This document shows positions 1-10,066 of a stretch of DNA of 64,000 nucleotides, in pieces. The DNA is from an uncultured Eudoraea sp. GTDB lineage: Bacteria > Bacteroidota > Bacteroidia > Flavobacteriales > Flavobacteriaceae. The notes beneath the pieces are model-generated. The model saw nothing but the letters and a program-made list of their open reading frames with translations. It did no database searches and was not told the DNA's origin. The translations under genes were made by a program, and so were the position numbers. The stretch covers positions 58,653-122,652 of the forward strand of contig CAMYIE010000003.1 in NCBI GenBank assembly GCA_947258405.1, read 5' to 3'. Each line of letters starts with the position of its first letter. Positions within the stretch are counted from its first letter, which is position 1.

Positions 1-3000
1 AACTTTATAGAAAGCAGGTTCTGCCCTGAGGTGATCTGGTTACTGTCGATATCCAGATTCCTTATTATTGTGATGTTATCGCGCAAGGATACATCGGCTT
101 TTAGATTGAGGTCTCCTTTTAAACGTTGTTTCTCACCGGCGATACGGGTTACCAACTTAACATCCTTGAATCGATACCCGAGTCCTAATGTATATTCCTT
201 TCCGTTAATCTCGGTCAATAGCGAATTGTCCAGGCTAAGCGATAAGGCGCGGTCTGTTCGAACCTCTGCAAGTAAACTTAGGGAATTGGCCATTTCAAAA
301 TCGACCCGCATCAATGGATTAAACTGGTCGGTCAGCACCACATTGTTGACGATCAGATTCGGCAGAATGTCCTGGTTTTCAATATTATAGGGAGGTAATC
401 CATCATTTTCAAGTTGTTGGCGTTCCAGATTGGTTTGAAAGAGATTGACACTATAACTTGCGCGGTAGCCATGGCTCAAAGAGAAACGCTTAAACTTCTT
501 CCTGAACCACTTGTTCCTCATCAGTCCGGTGTACTTTATATTCCAATTTGGAAGCGGTATGTCTCGAAAAGCATCGAGGTTAACACCATTTACATCCCTG
601 CCTGTGTAAGCAGCAAAGAAGGACGGTATCAATACATCCTGATTTGTCTTACCATAACGAATGGGGAAACCGTCGGGGTCTACTCCTTCGTCAGGTAATC
701 CCTGCTCCTGGACCAACCGGTTCGAAATAACAATACGATTGTCTCTAAATGTGTCAAAAGTACTGGAAACCAATTCATCACTTTTGCTGAACGAAGTACC
801 GATCATTATAGTAGATATACTGAAATTGCCTGAGTTAAATGGAGTTAGTGGTATATATTCGCCATCTTCCACCCTGAAATTCTCCTGGAAGGTTTTTAAA
901 GACTGCCTGTCGGCCACCAGGTCTATAGTAAGATCTGATATTGGTTGAGCAGTAGCGGTTATGTTGAGTTGTTTATTTGTACGTGTTGTGAACTGTTCAT
1001 TGAAATTAGGAAAAACCGTAAGCCAGCCGTTTCTCGCAGCTTCAAAACGTATATCGGCCTGACTGCCGAATACAAAACCAAGGCTGGGACGGGTAGTGCC
1101 AATAAATCCGAGCGATTGAGTATAACCCGGTAATACCTGACCATTATTTTGGCTGTAATTGACATTAAGTCTCTTTACCATGGTAACAATATCGATCAGT
1201 GTATTTACCGCCGGACTGGTTTTACCCTTGCTTTTTTTCTGTTTGCCGTCTGCCGGATTACCAGCTTTATCTACCCTTACTTCTACCTGATCGCCTTTCC
1301 CTTCACGTTTTTTAAGTCCTATGATGTCGTAAAAGCGAGGCATGCTCAAGGCTGCGGTTATCGTATGGGTGTTGGCATTTTGAATGGTATTGATAGGTTC
1401 GCCAGTGACCTCCCTTATCGCATCTCCACCCCTTTGCCAATCGAAATTAGCAGTATAGGTGTACTGGGTATTGATGAAGTCGAGAAAAGGTATTTTATTA
1501 AAGGGTATGTCGTAATTCAATTGAAATTGTTGAGCATGTCGGTTGGGTTCTCCAACGTCAAAGAATCCACTCCATACACCGAGTTCCGGATCAATACCAG
1601 ATTCCGGGATACCCGATTCGTTAAAATAGTTCCTTACAATCCGGTTATTCGATGAGGTCAGGTTGATTCTCAGCGATTTTGACAGACTGTAGTTTAATGC
1701 GTATTGCCAGTTAAATAGAAAGTTGCGCTGTTGTAATAACGGCAGATCCAGCGCCTCCACTCCGGGTTCCAGGACATCCCTGAATCGTTGTTGATTAAAT
1801 TGCCTGTTGATATCCGATTGCACAGAAAGACTTGCCGGCAAGAAATTGAAATTCAGATCCTTGAGCCATTGCCAGTAGCGACTTCTAAAGATCGAGTCGT
1901 TTTTCTTAAATGGCTCTACGGTGGCCGGTTTAAAATTATAATTGTAAACAAACCCGGTCTGTACACTCTGATCCCTTAGTTCTGCCACTTCAAAATCGCG
2001 ATGGTCGGTCTCGTTATAAGAATAGTTAAAAGTAAAGTTTTCGATATCGAAGAAATTTTCTTCGGCTTCTTCTCCCCTGTTTTTACGCACTCCGATGAAA
2101 TTGATGCTTGAACGTTTTGTATAGTCCTCCGCCTGCTCCTTTATAGCATCGGCTTCCGCTTGGGTATTAGCTGCATCGATACGGTCATCGAGCTTAAGGT
2201 CATCGTAAACCGGGTCGAACTCCGGTGTGATCAATTGTTCGGCGATACCGTAGTTAAACGGTATTTGAATATTCCACTTTTTAGGGAGTAATTGTCCAAC
2301 CTCAACATTGGTCACAACATCATAGTTCACCGCATCTTCCCTCAGTCGCTCATTCGGACGTTGATTGATCGCCCCGAACCCAGAAGTACTGAGTCCTCCG
2401 GTGGCAGATACATTAGCAAAGTCAGCAATATTGGCATCCATGGAAGCCGTAGCCGCCCAACCACCATCGTTATCGAAACCGGCAAGTCTTAATTCGTTAT
2501 ACCAGACCTCGGCTCTTGCTGGCTGATCGTCGATATTTTTAATTCCTATCAAGATACTGCTTATGCTACCAAGTGAGGGATTACCTTTGATCGCAAAACG
2601 TATCTGCCCCAGTGTCCTTGGAGCGAATTCATCGACCTGTACCACCTCGCCTCCAATGATCTCATAGAAGGTTACATTTCCAAGTGTTTGATCTGTGATT
2701 CCCTGTGATTTAATTTTTCGAAGATCGGCCAGGGCCACATCCAGCTCATTTACCGAGGGCCAGATGACTTCGGGAGATGTAGATCCAAAAGGTGTAAATT
2801 CCAGGGGTACTTCCACCTGATAGAAGTTATCTGTAAAATCGGTACCCATCCGAAGAAATCCTACCAGGGGTAAATCGTCATCAAGATAGTCGGAATCCGC
2901 AATCTTTTCGGCATGCATGAACATCTTAATTTTTTTGTATTGACGCATATCGATACTGACATTTTTGAAAACCCCTCTCGAATCCTCAGCTTCCAACCCA

Positions 3001-6000
3001 TCGATTAAAAAGGATAAAGATTGCTCGTTCTGCCGTATGATCGTATTGTTGTTATTGAGCTGCTCCCTGAGCACTCCCGGAGGTAACACATAGGGAATAG
3101 GTGTCCTTTGGCTGTTCTCCTCAATATTTACGGTATTCTGGTCTACCACGGTAGCGTCATCCTCAGGAGGATCGCCATCGGTCTGAAGCGACTTCGTAAA
3201 AGTTCTCCAGTCGCCGCGCACCAAATCCAGTGTTGCAAAACGCAATACTACCGGATCGGAGAAACCAGTAATATACATTCGCATAAAGCTAATGGATCGA
3301 AAATCTGTAATTCCTCCAACAGCCGCTGTAAAATCGTTCAGCGGAATCTTATACTGTATCCATCGCCGGTTTAATTGGGTTCCATCGGGCAGTGTTGGGG
3401 TTGTACCTTCATTGATATCGGTTACATACTGGTCGTTGATCGTTGTATTGGGCTGGATCGGAATACGATACTCGAAATAAGAGTTAATCGTGTTCATAGT
3501 GAGGTCGCGATTTATATCCTCTACGTCTGGGAGGGTGGTCGAGCCCCTGTTCGTATTGGTGACCTGAACGGGTGAATTTCCATCCACGTTGTTGAAATCG
3601 ATATACCGTTCAAGGATTCCTCCTTCACGGTTCAGGTAATAAACATAATTGTCTAGCGCAGGGTCGTCGGCGGGTCCGTTATAACCCTGGGCAGCTTCAT
3701 CTCCATCTTCGAGTCCGTCAAATCCGATATCCTGTAGTCCCCGGTTGGTCTCATCCGCATCGAAAGCGTATACCAGCGACTGGGTGGATGGAACCTGCCC
3801 CCATACCGTTGATGTGGTGAGGTCATTGCTGTTAAGGCCTGGCAGACCGTTCTCGTATTGCTTTCTGCCATCCTCAAGAATATCTTCTGAGATATTTCCC
3901 AGATTGATCACCAATTCTCCTGGTCCGGTGGTTATGCCGTCAACAAAAGGATCCAAAACCCAGAACTGAACAAATTCAACGTTTGATTGTTCAAAATTGG
4001 TACTGCTCAAAGAGCGCATAACACCACCCCATTTTTCGTCAGGTGCCAGACCGTCAAATCCGGTACTTGCATTATAGGGTCCCTTTTGATCCGGATAATA
4101 TGCAATATCGAGTGTATTTTGTACCGTTGTTTGTCCTTGGGCAATGTCTGTTTGAGGAAAGATCTCATCTATAAATACTCTCCTTGTCTCATTGGTTGAA
4201 ATGTCATTATCAGAAATAGTGGCAGGACGCTGATTTGTGTAAAATATGGGATCTATTGTATACCAGGCGGTCTTTGCTCTTTCAAATCCTGTTTCAAAAT
4301 CACCTTCGCCATCCTGCTTGAATTCCTGGGGTGTACTGGCAAGGAACCATCCCAGGGAAGAACGAATATCAATCAAGGCCTGTGCTCCTTCAAAATCGTC
4401 CAGATAGGCTGTGGTTTCGCCCTGGAAATCAGCTGTGCTTGGCGAATTAGGTTGCAATACAGCAACTTCTCCCCTGAAAGATAAATTAGAGGGTACATCT
4501 GTATCAATATTTGGTAATTTGTTGGCCAGGCGCGTTAAGAAAGGTATTTCTGTAGACAGGTTTCCATTGATACCGAAGATGGTGTTATTCACCGGTTCGA
4601 GACCGAAGTTGGCTTTTTGTGTGAGTGGCCGCTCATTAAGATTGAGGAAAGTAGCACCCATGGTAAACTTCTCATTGAACTGATGGTCTACATTGATACC
4701 TGTGAAACGTCTGGTCTGCTGACCAAAAACGGCATTGTTCTCTACATCGATATTAATGGGTGTATTGGAGGCCTGCAGGCTCGGATCTAGGATCTGCACT
4801 GTCCCTGCCTGGTAGTTTACAGTATAATCTATACCCTCCTGAAGTTGTCTTCCTCCTGCGGTAACCGTCACAGAACCACGTGGTACGTTAAAGGCCCCAA
4901 TGGGTATTCCGCTTGAACCCTCAGATTTATATCTACCTCTCAGCCGAAATCTGTTCTTTTCGGCATCCTGTAGCGAAAAAGCTTTGGTTTTCGCATACAT
5001 ATTTCGGAAAACATATTTCTGTTGGTTAGCGTTATAGCCCTGATCATTGTCCACGTCGTAGGTTCCCCCACCAAGCTCATCGAATAAATACTCACCGAAT
5101 GGTTCTGTTTTTGTAAAGATTAATTGTCCTCCCTGGGTATTTACGGTTATACCTGAAATAAAATCAAAGAAACCATCACCCCCTGGCTGAACATCATTGA
5201 AGGCATTCAAACGGTCTAAATTGAAGACATCTAAAAGAATACGCTCTTCCAGCCTGCCCCTCGGATCGGTTTCATCGGGCCATCCGGAACCAGGACCAGT
5301 CTCAACAGGTGTTATATAATTCCTCGGTGTAGGATCTGAGTACAGGATATTGAACTTAAAATCCTCCTGACTTAATTGAAATGCACCCGTGGAGTATATA
5401 TTTTTCATCATCAGATCCCAAATAGGATCATCCACGTTAGTAATATTACTCTTTAACAATTTGAGTATTAGAGTATTGTTGTTGATTTCCAACTCAACAC
5501 CCGGGGAAACCGTTGTGGCGTCTATTCCACCATTGGCAAATTCACCTACCTGGTAAACCTGCCCGTTGAATGTAAACTGGTAGGCGACACCCAGTACTTC
5601 ATCATTGCTTAAACGCTGATTAAGAGAGATATATCCAAGCTGAGAATCTAATCGGTAATCCCGCCCTTCTTCTAGTTTACGGGCATTTTCAAGGATTGCA
5701 TAATCCAATCCCTGATTTACCTGATATCCTGTGGTTATATTAAAGCCGTCATCGACTGTAGCAATATCTCTTATGTCGGATGTGAGCACCCCTCCAGCAT
5801 CGATCTGAGCCGGATCGTAAAGGTTTGCGGCATTTCTGGGAAGTTCAAAATTTGGTACCCCGGTATCGAAAAAACCTGCAGGCTCTCCATCGAAGAGACC
5901 AATACGTGTATTGTCTTTAATAGATTCGCCAAGGTCCTGGATAGCCACAACATTTCGGACATTTAATGTTTGTTGTGTTCTGTTGGTTACCCAAACTTCC

Positions 6001-7004
6001 AATCTGGTTATCTGTACCTGGCTGTTGATAAATGGATAGTTCTCCAGTGCCTGGTCATAACGATCCCTGAAATACTGGGAGAGGAAGAAATGTCTATCCT
6101 CATCATAGTCCAGTGCGGTAAGTTCAAAATCTGTTAGGGTTCCTCCCCCCTGGGCAACCACCGTATTATTCTGAGAGCGTTGTTCTGAAAATACTGCAGT
6201 AACTGTTGTTCGTCCGAATTGAAGCTGTGTCTTTACACCAAATAAGCTCTGGGCCCCCTTGATAAGGGAACTGTTAAGCGGGAAGTTGACATTACCAACT
6301 TCAATTTTTCTTAAAATATCATCATCAGTTGGAGTATAATCGAGTTTAATCAGATTCTGAAAATCGAAGGTAGCTTCAGTATCGTAATTTGCATTGATCT
6401 GCAAACGTTCCCCGATTTGCCCCAGAAGACTTAAACTTATTCGCTGATCAAAGTCGAACGAAAGGTTTGTCCGGTTACGCGGGGACAGGGCCGGATTGTC
6501 ATTCTTTGTCCAGATTACTCCAAGATCCATGGCAACAGATCCCTGTGGTATTACCTCAATGGAATTGCCACCAAAGATGGATTCGAAAAAGCCACTATTC
6601 ACATAGAAATTAGGAAGAAGATTTTTACGCGCCTCTTCAGAGCCTTCCTTTTTACCACTAAAGGCATCGATTTTTTCTTTAAAATAGGCTTTTGTACTTT
6701 CTTTTCGGACCAGCTCAAAGTATTGTTCCGGACTTAAGATTATCGGATAAGTGATGTCGAAATCTCCTACACTCTCTGTATAAATATAACGGTCAAGAAC
6801 AGGGTCATAGGTATATTTGGCAACGATGCTAGAAGGATTTTCAAAGGCAATCCTGCCCAGGGCTACCCCGGTTTGTACCGAATCAAGCTGCTGTTCATCT
6901 GTTTCCTGCGCCTGGGTATTTTGGTAGAACACCAGGCATAAAATACACAGGAAAATGAGCTTAAATTGGTTGGATTTAAGTATTGATTCTGCCCCTTTTT
7001 CCAA
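1..7004 (-). CDS. sprA: T9SS translocon / gliding-motility cell-surface protein SprA. It is 3'-truncated by the window edge, with about 2334 codons present.
   Basis: The ORF is absent from the track because it never reaches a stop inside the window. My hand translation of the minus strand from TTG at 7004 gives MEKGAESILKSNQFKLIFLCILCLVFYQNTQAQ (signal peptide) followed by ...GRIAFENPSSIVAKYTYDPVLDRYIYTESVGDFDITYPIILSPEQYFELV, a typical SprA N-terminus. The same frame is still open at positions 1-60 (..NLDIDSNQITSGQNLLSIK). All three minus-strand track ORFs in 1-7000 are in another frame. No sub-ORFs are reported in this frame, which is consistent with one uninterrupted reading frame. ruvA-sprA synteny is common in Flavobacteriia. 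Confidence 0.85.
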   Translation of the reverse strand, partial: MEKGAESILKSNQFKLIFLCILCLVFYQNTQAQETDEQQLDSVQTGVALGRIAFENPSSIVAKYTYDPVLDRYIYTESVGDFDITYPIILSPEQYFELVRKESTKAYFKEKIDAFSGKKEGSEEARKNLLPNFYVNSGFFESIFGGNSIEVIPQGSVAMDLGVIWTKNDNPALSPRNRTNLSFDFDQRISLSLLGQIGERLQINANYDTEATFDFQNLIKLDYTPTDDDILRKIEVGNVNFPLNSSLIKGAQSLFGVKTQLQFGRTTVTAVFSEQRSQNNTVVAQGGGTLTDFELTALDYDEDRHFFLSQYFRDRYDQALENYPFINSQVQITRLEVWVTNRTQQTLNVRNVVAIQDLGESIKDNTRIGLFDGEPAGFFDTGVPNFELPRNAANLYDPAQIDAGGVLTSDIRDIATVDDGFNITTGYQVNQGLDYAILENARKLEEGRDYRLDSQLGYISLNQRLSNDEVLGVAYQFTFNGQVYQVGEFANGGIDATTVSPGVELEINNNTLILKLLKSNITNVDDPIWDLMMKNIYSTGAFQLSQEDFKFNILYSDPTPRNYITPVETGPGSGWPDETDPRGRLEERILLDVFNLDRLNAFNDVQPGGDGFFDFISGITVNTQGGQLIFTKTEPFGEYLFDELGGGTYDVDNDQGYNANQQKYVFRNMYAKTKAFSLQDAEKNRFRLRGRYKSEGSSGIPIGAFNVPRGSVTVTAGGRQLQEGIDYTVNYQAGTVQILDPSLQASNTPINIDVENNAVFGQQTRRFTGINVDHQFNEKFTMGATFLNLNERPLTQKANFGLEPVNNTIFGINGNLSTEIPFLTRLANKLPNIDTDVPSNLSFRGEVAVLQPNSPSTADFQGETTAYLDDFEGAQALIDIRSSLGWFLASTPQEFKQDGEGDFETGFERAKTAWYTIDPIFYTNQRPATISDNDISTNETRRVFIDEIFPQTDIAQGQTTVQNTLDIAYYPDQKGPYNASTGFDGLAPDEKWGGVMRSLSSTNFEQSNVEFVQFWVLDPFVDGITTGPGELVINLGNISEDILEDGRKQYENGLPGLNSNDLTTSTVWGQVPSTQSLVYAFDADETNRGLQDIGFDGLEDGDEAAQGYNGPADDPALDNYVYYLNREGGILERYIDFNNVDGNSPVQVTNTNRGSTTLPDVEDINRDLTMNTINSYFEYRIPIQPNTTINDQYVTDINEGTTPTLPDGTQLNRRWIQYKIPLNDFTAAVGGITDFRSISFMRMYITGFSDPVVLRFATLDLVRGDWRTFTKSLQTDGDPPEDDATVVDQNTVNIEENSQRTPIPYVLPPGVLREQLNNNNTIIRQNEQSLSFLIDGLEAEDSRGVFKNVSIDMRQYKKIKMFMHAEKIADSDYLDDDLPLVGFLRMGTDFTDNFYQVEVPLEFTPFGSTSPEVIWPSVNELDVALADLRKIKSQGITDQTLGNVTFYEIIGGEVVQVDEFAPRTLGQIRFAIKGNPSLGSISSILIGIKNIDDQPARAEVWYNELRLAGFDNDGGWAATASMDANIADFANVSATGGLSTSGFGAINQRPNERLREDAVNYDVVTNVEVGQLLPKKWNIQIPFNYGIAEQLITPEFDPVYDDLKLDDRIDAANTQAEADAIKEQAEDYTKRSSINFIGVRKNRGEEAEENFFDIENFTFNYSYNETDHRDFEVAELRDQSVQTGFVYNYNFKPATVEPFKKNDSIFRSRYWQWLKDLNFNFLPASLSVQSDINRQFNQQRFRDVLEPGVEALDLPLLQQRNFLFNWQYALNYSLSKSLRINLTSSNNRIVRNYFNESGIPESGIDPELGVWSGFFDVGEPNRHAQQFQLNYDIPFNKIPFLDFINTQYTYTANFDWQRGGDAIREVTGEPINTIQNANTHTITAALSMPRFYDIIGLKKREGKGDQVEVRVDKAGNPADGKQKKSKGKTSPAVNTLIDIVTMVKRLNVNYSQNNGQVLPGYTQSLGFIGTTRPSLGFVFGSQADIRFEAARNGWLTVFPNFNEQFTTRTNKQLNITATAQPISDLTIDLVADRQSLKTFQENFRVEDGEYIPLTPFNSGNFSISTIMIGTSFSKSDELVSSTFDTFRDNRIVISNRLVQEQGLPDEGVDPDGFPIRYGKTNQDVLIPSFFAAYTGRDVNGVNLDAFRDIPLPNWNIKYTGLMRNKWFRKKFKRFSLSHGYRASYSVNLFQTNLERQQLENDGLPPYNIENQDILPNLIVNNVVLTDQFNPLMRVDFEMANSLSLLAEVRTDRALSLSLDNSLLTEINGKEYTLGLGYRFKDVKLVTRIAGEKQRLKGDLNLKADVSLRDNITIIRNLDIDSNQITSGQNLLSIK

Positions 7005-7009
7005 ACTAG

Positions 7010-7591
7010 TTACAAATTTTGAAGCGCCAGTTTTATAATGTCCTCGACGCTCAGAGAGGAATCTTGGTCTATCGCCTTGTCTACGGCCCTTTCGGCTTGC
7101 TTTCTTACGAATCCAAGAACCTCTAAAGCTGATAACGCTTCTTCTCTATTTGTATTGTTTGAATGTTGTGAAACTTCACTTATATCATAGAATTTCAAAA
7201 TCTTGTCTTTAAGGTCGACAATAACCCTTTGTGCGGTTTTTGCTCCGATACCCTTAACCGACTGTATTTTAACCACATCTCCCGAGGCTATTGCATCACG
7301 CGCCTGCTGGGGTGTAAGGGAAGACAACATGGTCCTTGCCGTGCTCGCGCCGATACCTGAAACAGAGATCAGGAGCCGAAATATGTCTCGTTCAGATTTA
7401 TCAGCAAAACCATATAGTATATGGGCGTCTTCTCTTACAATTAGATGCGTATGGACCAGGACCAATTCATCGTCGGTAACCAGGGAATATGTATTGAGTG
7501 AAATGTTAACAAAGTAGCCCACTCCGCCGCACTCGATTATCAGGTAGGTGGGATTTTTTTCAACAAGCTTTCCTTTTAGGTGTGAGATCAT
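7010..7591 (-). CDS. ruvA: Holliday junction branch migration complex subunit RuvA
   Basis: The 193-aa product begins MISHLKGKLVEK.P....IECGGVGY and contains GIGAKTA helix-hairpin-helix motifs, the classic RuvA layout. Its stop lies 5 nt before the sprA start. Confidence 0.95.
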   Translation of the reverse strand: MISHLKGKLVEKNPTYLIIECGGVGYFVNISLNTYSLVTDDELVLVHTHLIVREDAHILYGFADKSERDIFRLLISVSGIGASTARTMLSSLTPQQARDAIASGDVVKIQSVKGIGAKTAQRVIVDLKDKILKFYDISEVSQHSNNTNREEALSALEVLGFVRKQAERAVDKAIDQDSSLSVEDIIKLALQNL

Positions 7592-7640
7592 ATAAGGCTA
7601 CGGTATAGGATACTTTTAATGGCTTTTCTAACTAAGGATG

Positions 7641-9938
7641 TTATAGCTTTTTTGTTTTGGCCATTTTTCGCTTTTCTCTTTCCTGGGCATCGATAACCGC
7701 CACGGCGGTCATGTTTACGATTTCTTCTACACTTGCGCCCAATTGCAGCACATGGACTGCCTTGCGCAAACCCAACATTATTGGGCCAATCGACTCGGCT
7801 GCATGAAGTTCTTTTAGTAATTTATAGGTGATATTCGCCGATTCAAGATTGGGGAATATCAATGTGTTGACATGTTGCCCATCGAGAGTTGAAAAAGGAA
7901 ATTGAGTTCTCCTTAGTTTTTTGTTCAGGGCGAAATCGGTTTGGATTTCGCCATCCACGATCAACTCCGGATTCTTGTCGTGCAAAATTCCAATTGCTTC
8001 GCGTACTTTGGCTGCATGAGGATGGTTCGAGGAGCCAAAATTCGAGAATGAAAGCAAGGCCAGTACAGGGTTAAATCCGAAAGCACTACCCAGATTAGCT
8101 GTCATCCTGGTGATTTCAGCCAACTCTTCCGCATTTGGGTCGATATTGATTGAAGTATCGGCCAGAATAAGCGGACCACGTTCGGTTATCATAATATGTG
8201 CGGTAGCCGCCCTGGATACTCTGGTAGCCCTTCCGATAACCTCAAATATCGGTTTTACCACATTGGTAAATGCCCTCGAATGACCTGAGATCATCCCGTC
8301 GGCATCTCCTTCCAGCACCATCATAGCCCCGAAGTAATTGCGCTCTCTCATTTTTGTTCGGGCACCATACTGGGTTACTCCGTGTCGTTTTCTATTTTCA
8401 AAGAAACGCTCGGCATAAACAATTCTTTTATCTTTAGCAGCGTCGCTTTTAGGATCGATGATTGGCACGTCAGCGTCGAATTCCAATTCCTTTTTTAAAG
8501 CAAGGACGTCTTCTTTATTACCCAGTAAAATGGGCATTGCAATTCCTTCCTCATACACGATCTGCGCAGAGCGTAAGACGTCTAGATGGTTAGCCTCGGC
8601 AAATACAATCCTTTTAGGATTACTCTTGGCCCTATCCATTAAAAGCCGCATAACCTTGTTGTCTCCCCCCGATCTTCGCAGCAGTTCTTCCCGGTAACGG
8701 TCCCAGTCCTCAATTGGCGACTGAGCCACACCACTTTCTATAGCAGCCTTGGCCACCGCCAAAGGTATTTCAGCAATAAGTCTGGGATCGAAAGGTTTGG
8801 GTATGATGTAGTTCTTACCAAAGGTCAACCTTGTCGCGCCATAGGCAATATTTACCTGCTCGGGAACAGGTTCTTTGGCCAATTTGGCCAGTGCAAGCGT
8901 AGCTGCCATTTTCATGGCCTCATTTATTTTGGTTGCCCGAACGTCGAGAGCGCCTCTGAAAATAAAGGGAAAGCCCAATACATTATTAACCTGGTTTGGG
9001 TGATCCGATCGTCCTGTGGCCATAATGATATCGTCGCGAGTCTTACAGGCCAGTTTGTAGTCGATCTCCGGATCCGGGTTAGCCATAGCAAACACTATAG
9101 GTGTTTTTGCCATTGTTTTAAGCATCTCCGGGCTCATTATATCGGCTACCGACAAACCGATAAAAACATCTGCATCTATTAGAGCTTCTTCCAGGGAATC
9201 AATTTTCAATGCTGTAGCGAACTCTTCCTTTTCCTTAGTCAATTGTTTGCGATCCTTACGAATGACCCCTTTACTATCGAGCATGACCATATTTTCAGCC
9301 CTAGCCCCAAATGCTTTGTACAGACGGCTACAGGAAATGGCGGCCGCACCTGCTCCGCTGATCACGATCTTAACGTCACCGATCTTTTTGTTGGCGAGTT
9401 CAACAGCATTTATTAGAGCCGCCGCAGAGATGATCGCCGTCCCATGCTGGTCGTCGTGCATAACAGGTATGTCGAGTTCCTCCTTAAGTCTGCGTTCTAT
9501 CTCAAAGGCCTCCGGAGCTTTTATGTCCTCAAGATTAATACCGCCAAAGGTCGGGGCAATAATCTTGACGGTCTCGATAAACTTCTCGACATCTTTGGTA
9601 TCGAGTTCGATATCTATCCCATCGATATCGGCAAAAATCTTGAACAATAAGCTCTTCCCTTCCATTACAGGCTTGGCTGCTTCGGGTCCAATATCGCCAA
9701 GGCCGAGGACTGCTGTGCCATTGGAAATAATGGCAACGATATTCCCCTTAGCGGTATATTTATATACCTTTTCTTTGTCCTTTTCAATCTCAAGACATGG
9801 CTCCGCCACTCCTGGTGAGTACGCCAGTGCCAGATCCCTTTGTGTCGCATAGGGTTTGGTAGGCACTATTTTTATCTTACCCGGCTGTGGTTTAGCATGA
9901 TATATAAGTGCTTCCCGTCTTTTCTTTTTATTGGACAT
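7641..9938 (-). CDS. maeB: NADP-dependent malic enzyme (malic enzyme domain plus C-terminal phosphotransacetylase-like domain)
   Basis: The 765-aa product has LALAYSPGVAEPC, a GAGAAA Rossmann motif and a long PTA-like C-terminal half, matching the MaeB architecture. Confidence 0.9.
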   Translation of the reverse strand: MSNKKKRREALIYHAKPQPGKIKIVPTKPYATQRDLALAYSPGVAEPCLEIEKDKEKVYKYTAKGNIVAIISNGTAVLGLGDIGPEAAKPVMEGKSLLFKIFADIDGIDIELDTKDVEKFIETVKIIAPTFGGINLEDIKAPEAFEIERRLKEELDIPVMHDDQHGTAIISAAALINAVELANKKIGDVKIVISGAGAAAISCSRLYKAFGARAENMVMLDSKGVIRKDRKQLTKEKEEFATALKIDSLEEALIDADVFIGLSVADIMSPEMLKTMAKTPIVFAMANPDPEIDYKLACKTRDDIIMATGRSDHPNQVNNVLGFPFIFRGALDVRATKINEAMKMAATLALAKLAKEPVPEQVNIAYGATRLTFGKNYIIPKPFDPRLIAEIPLAVAKAAIESGVAQSPIEDWDRYREELLRRSGGDNKVMRLLMDRAKSNPKRIVFAEANHLDVLRSAQIVYEEGIAMPILLGNKEDVLALKKELEFDADVPIIDPKSDAAKDKRIVYAERFFENRKRHGVTQYGARTKMRERNYFGAMMVLEGDADGMISGHSRAFTNVVKPIFEVIGRATRVSRAATAHIMITERGPLILADTSINIDPNAEELAEITRMTANLGSAFGFNPVLALLSFSNFGSSNHPHAAKVREAIGILHDKNPELIVDGEIQTDFALNKKLRRTQFPFSTLDGQHVNTLIFPNLESANITYKLLKELHAAESIGPIMLGLRKAVHVLQLGASVEEIVNMTAVAVIDAQEREKRKMAKTKKL

Positions 9939-10066
9939 ATCAAGGTAATGTAGAACGAATTTAAGGGTATTCTTTGGAAGTTAACAGTACAGAAGCAATA
10001 TTTACCAAGCACAAATGCACAGAACAATTTCTCTTCCTTTTATATCTGCCACCTATTTACCGAAAC

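Noticed and set aside
1-7000. A 7-kb stretch has only short ORFs in the supplied track and could be mistaken for non-coding or pseudogenised DNA.
   Set aside because: My hand translation shows one continuous minus-strand frame from a TTG at 7004 that leaves the window, with a SprA-like N-terminus. The track evidently omits ORFs without an in-window stop. The short listed ORFs are off-frame noise.
9247-9852. A 201-aa plus-strand ORF lies antisense to maeB.
   Set aside because: It is fully embedded antisense in a strongly supported gene. Its composition is Ser/Ala/Leu/Ile-rich and low in complexity, typical of shadow ORFs, and it has no recognisable motif.
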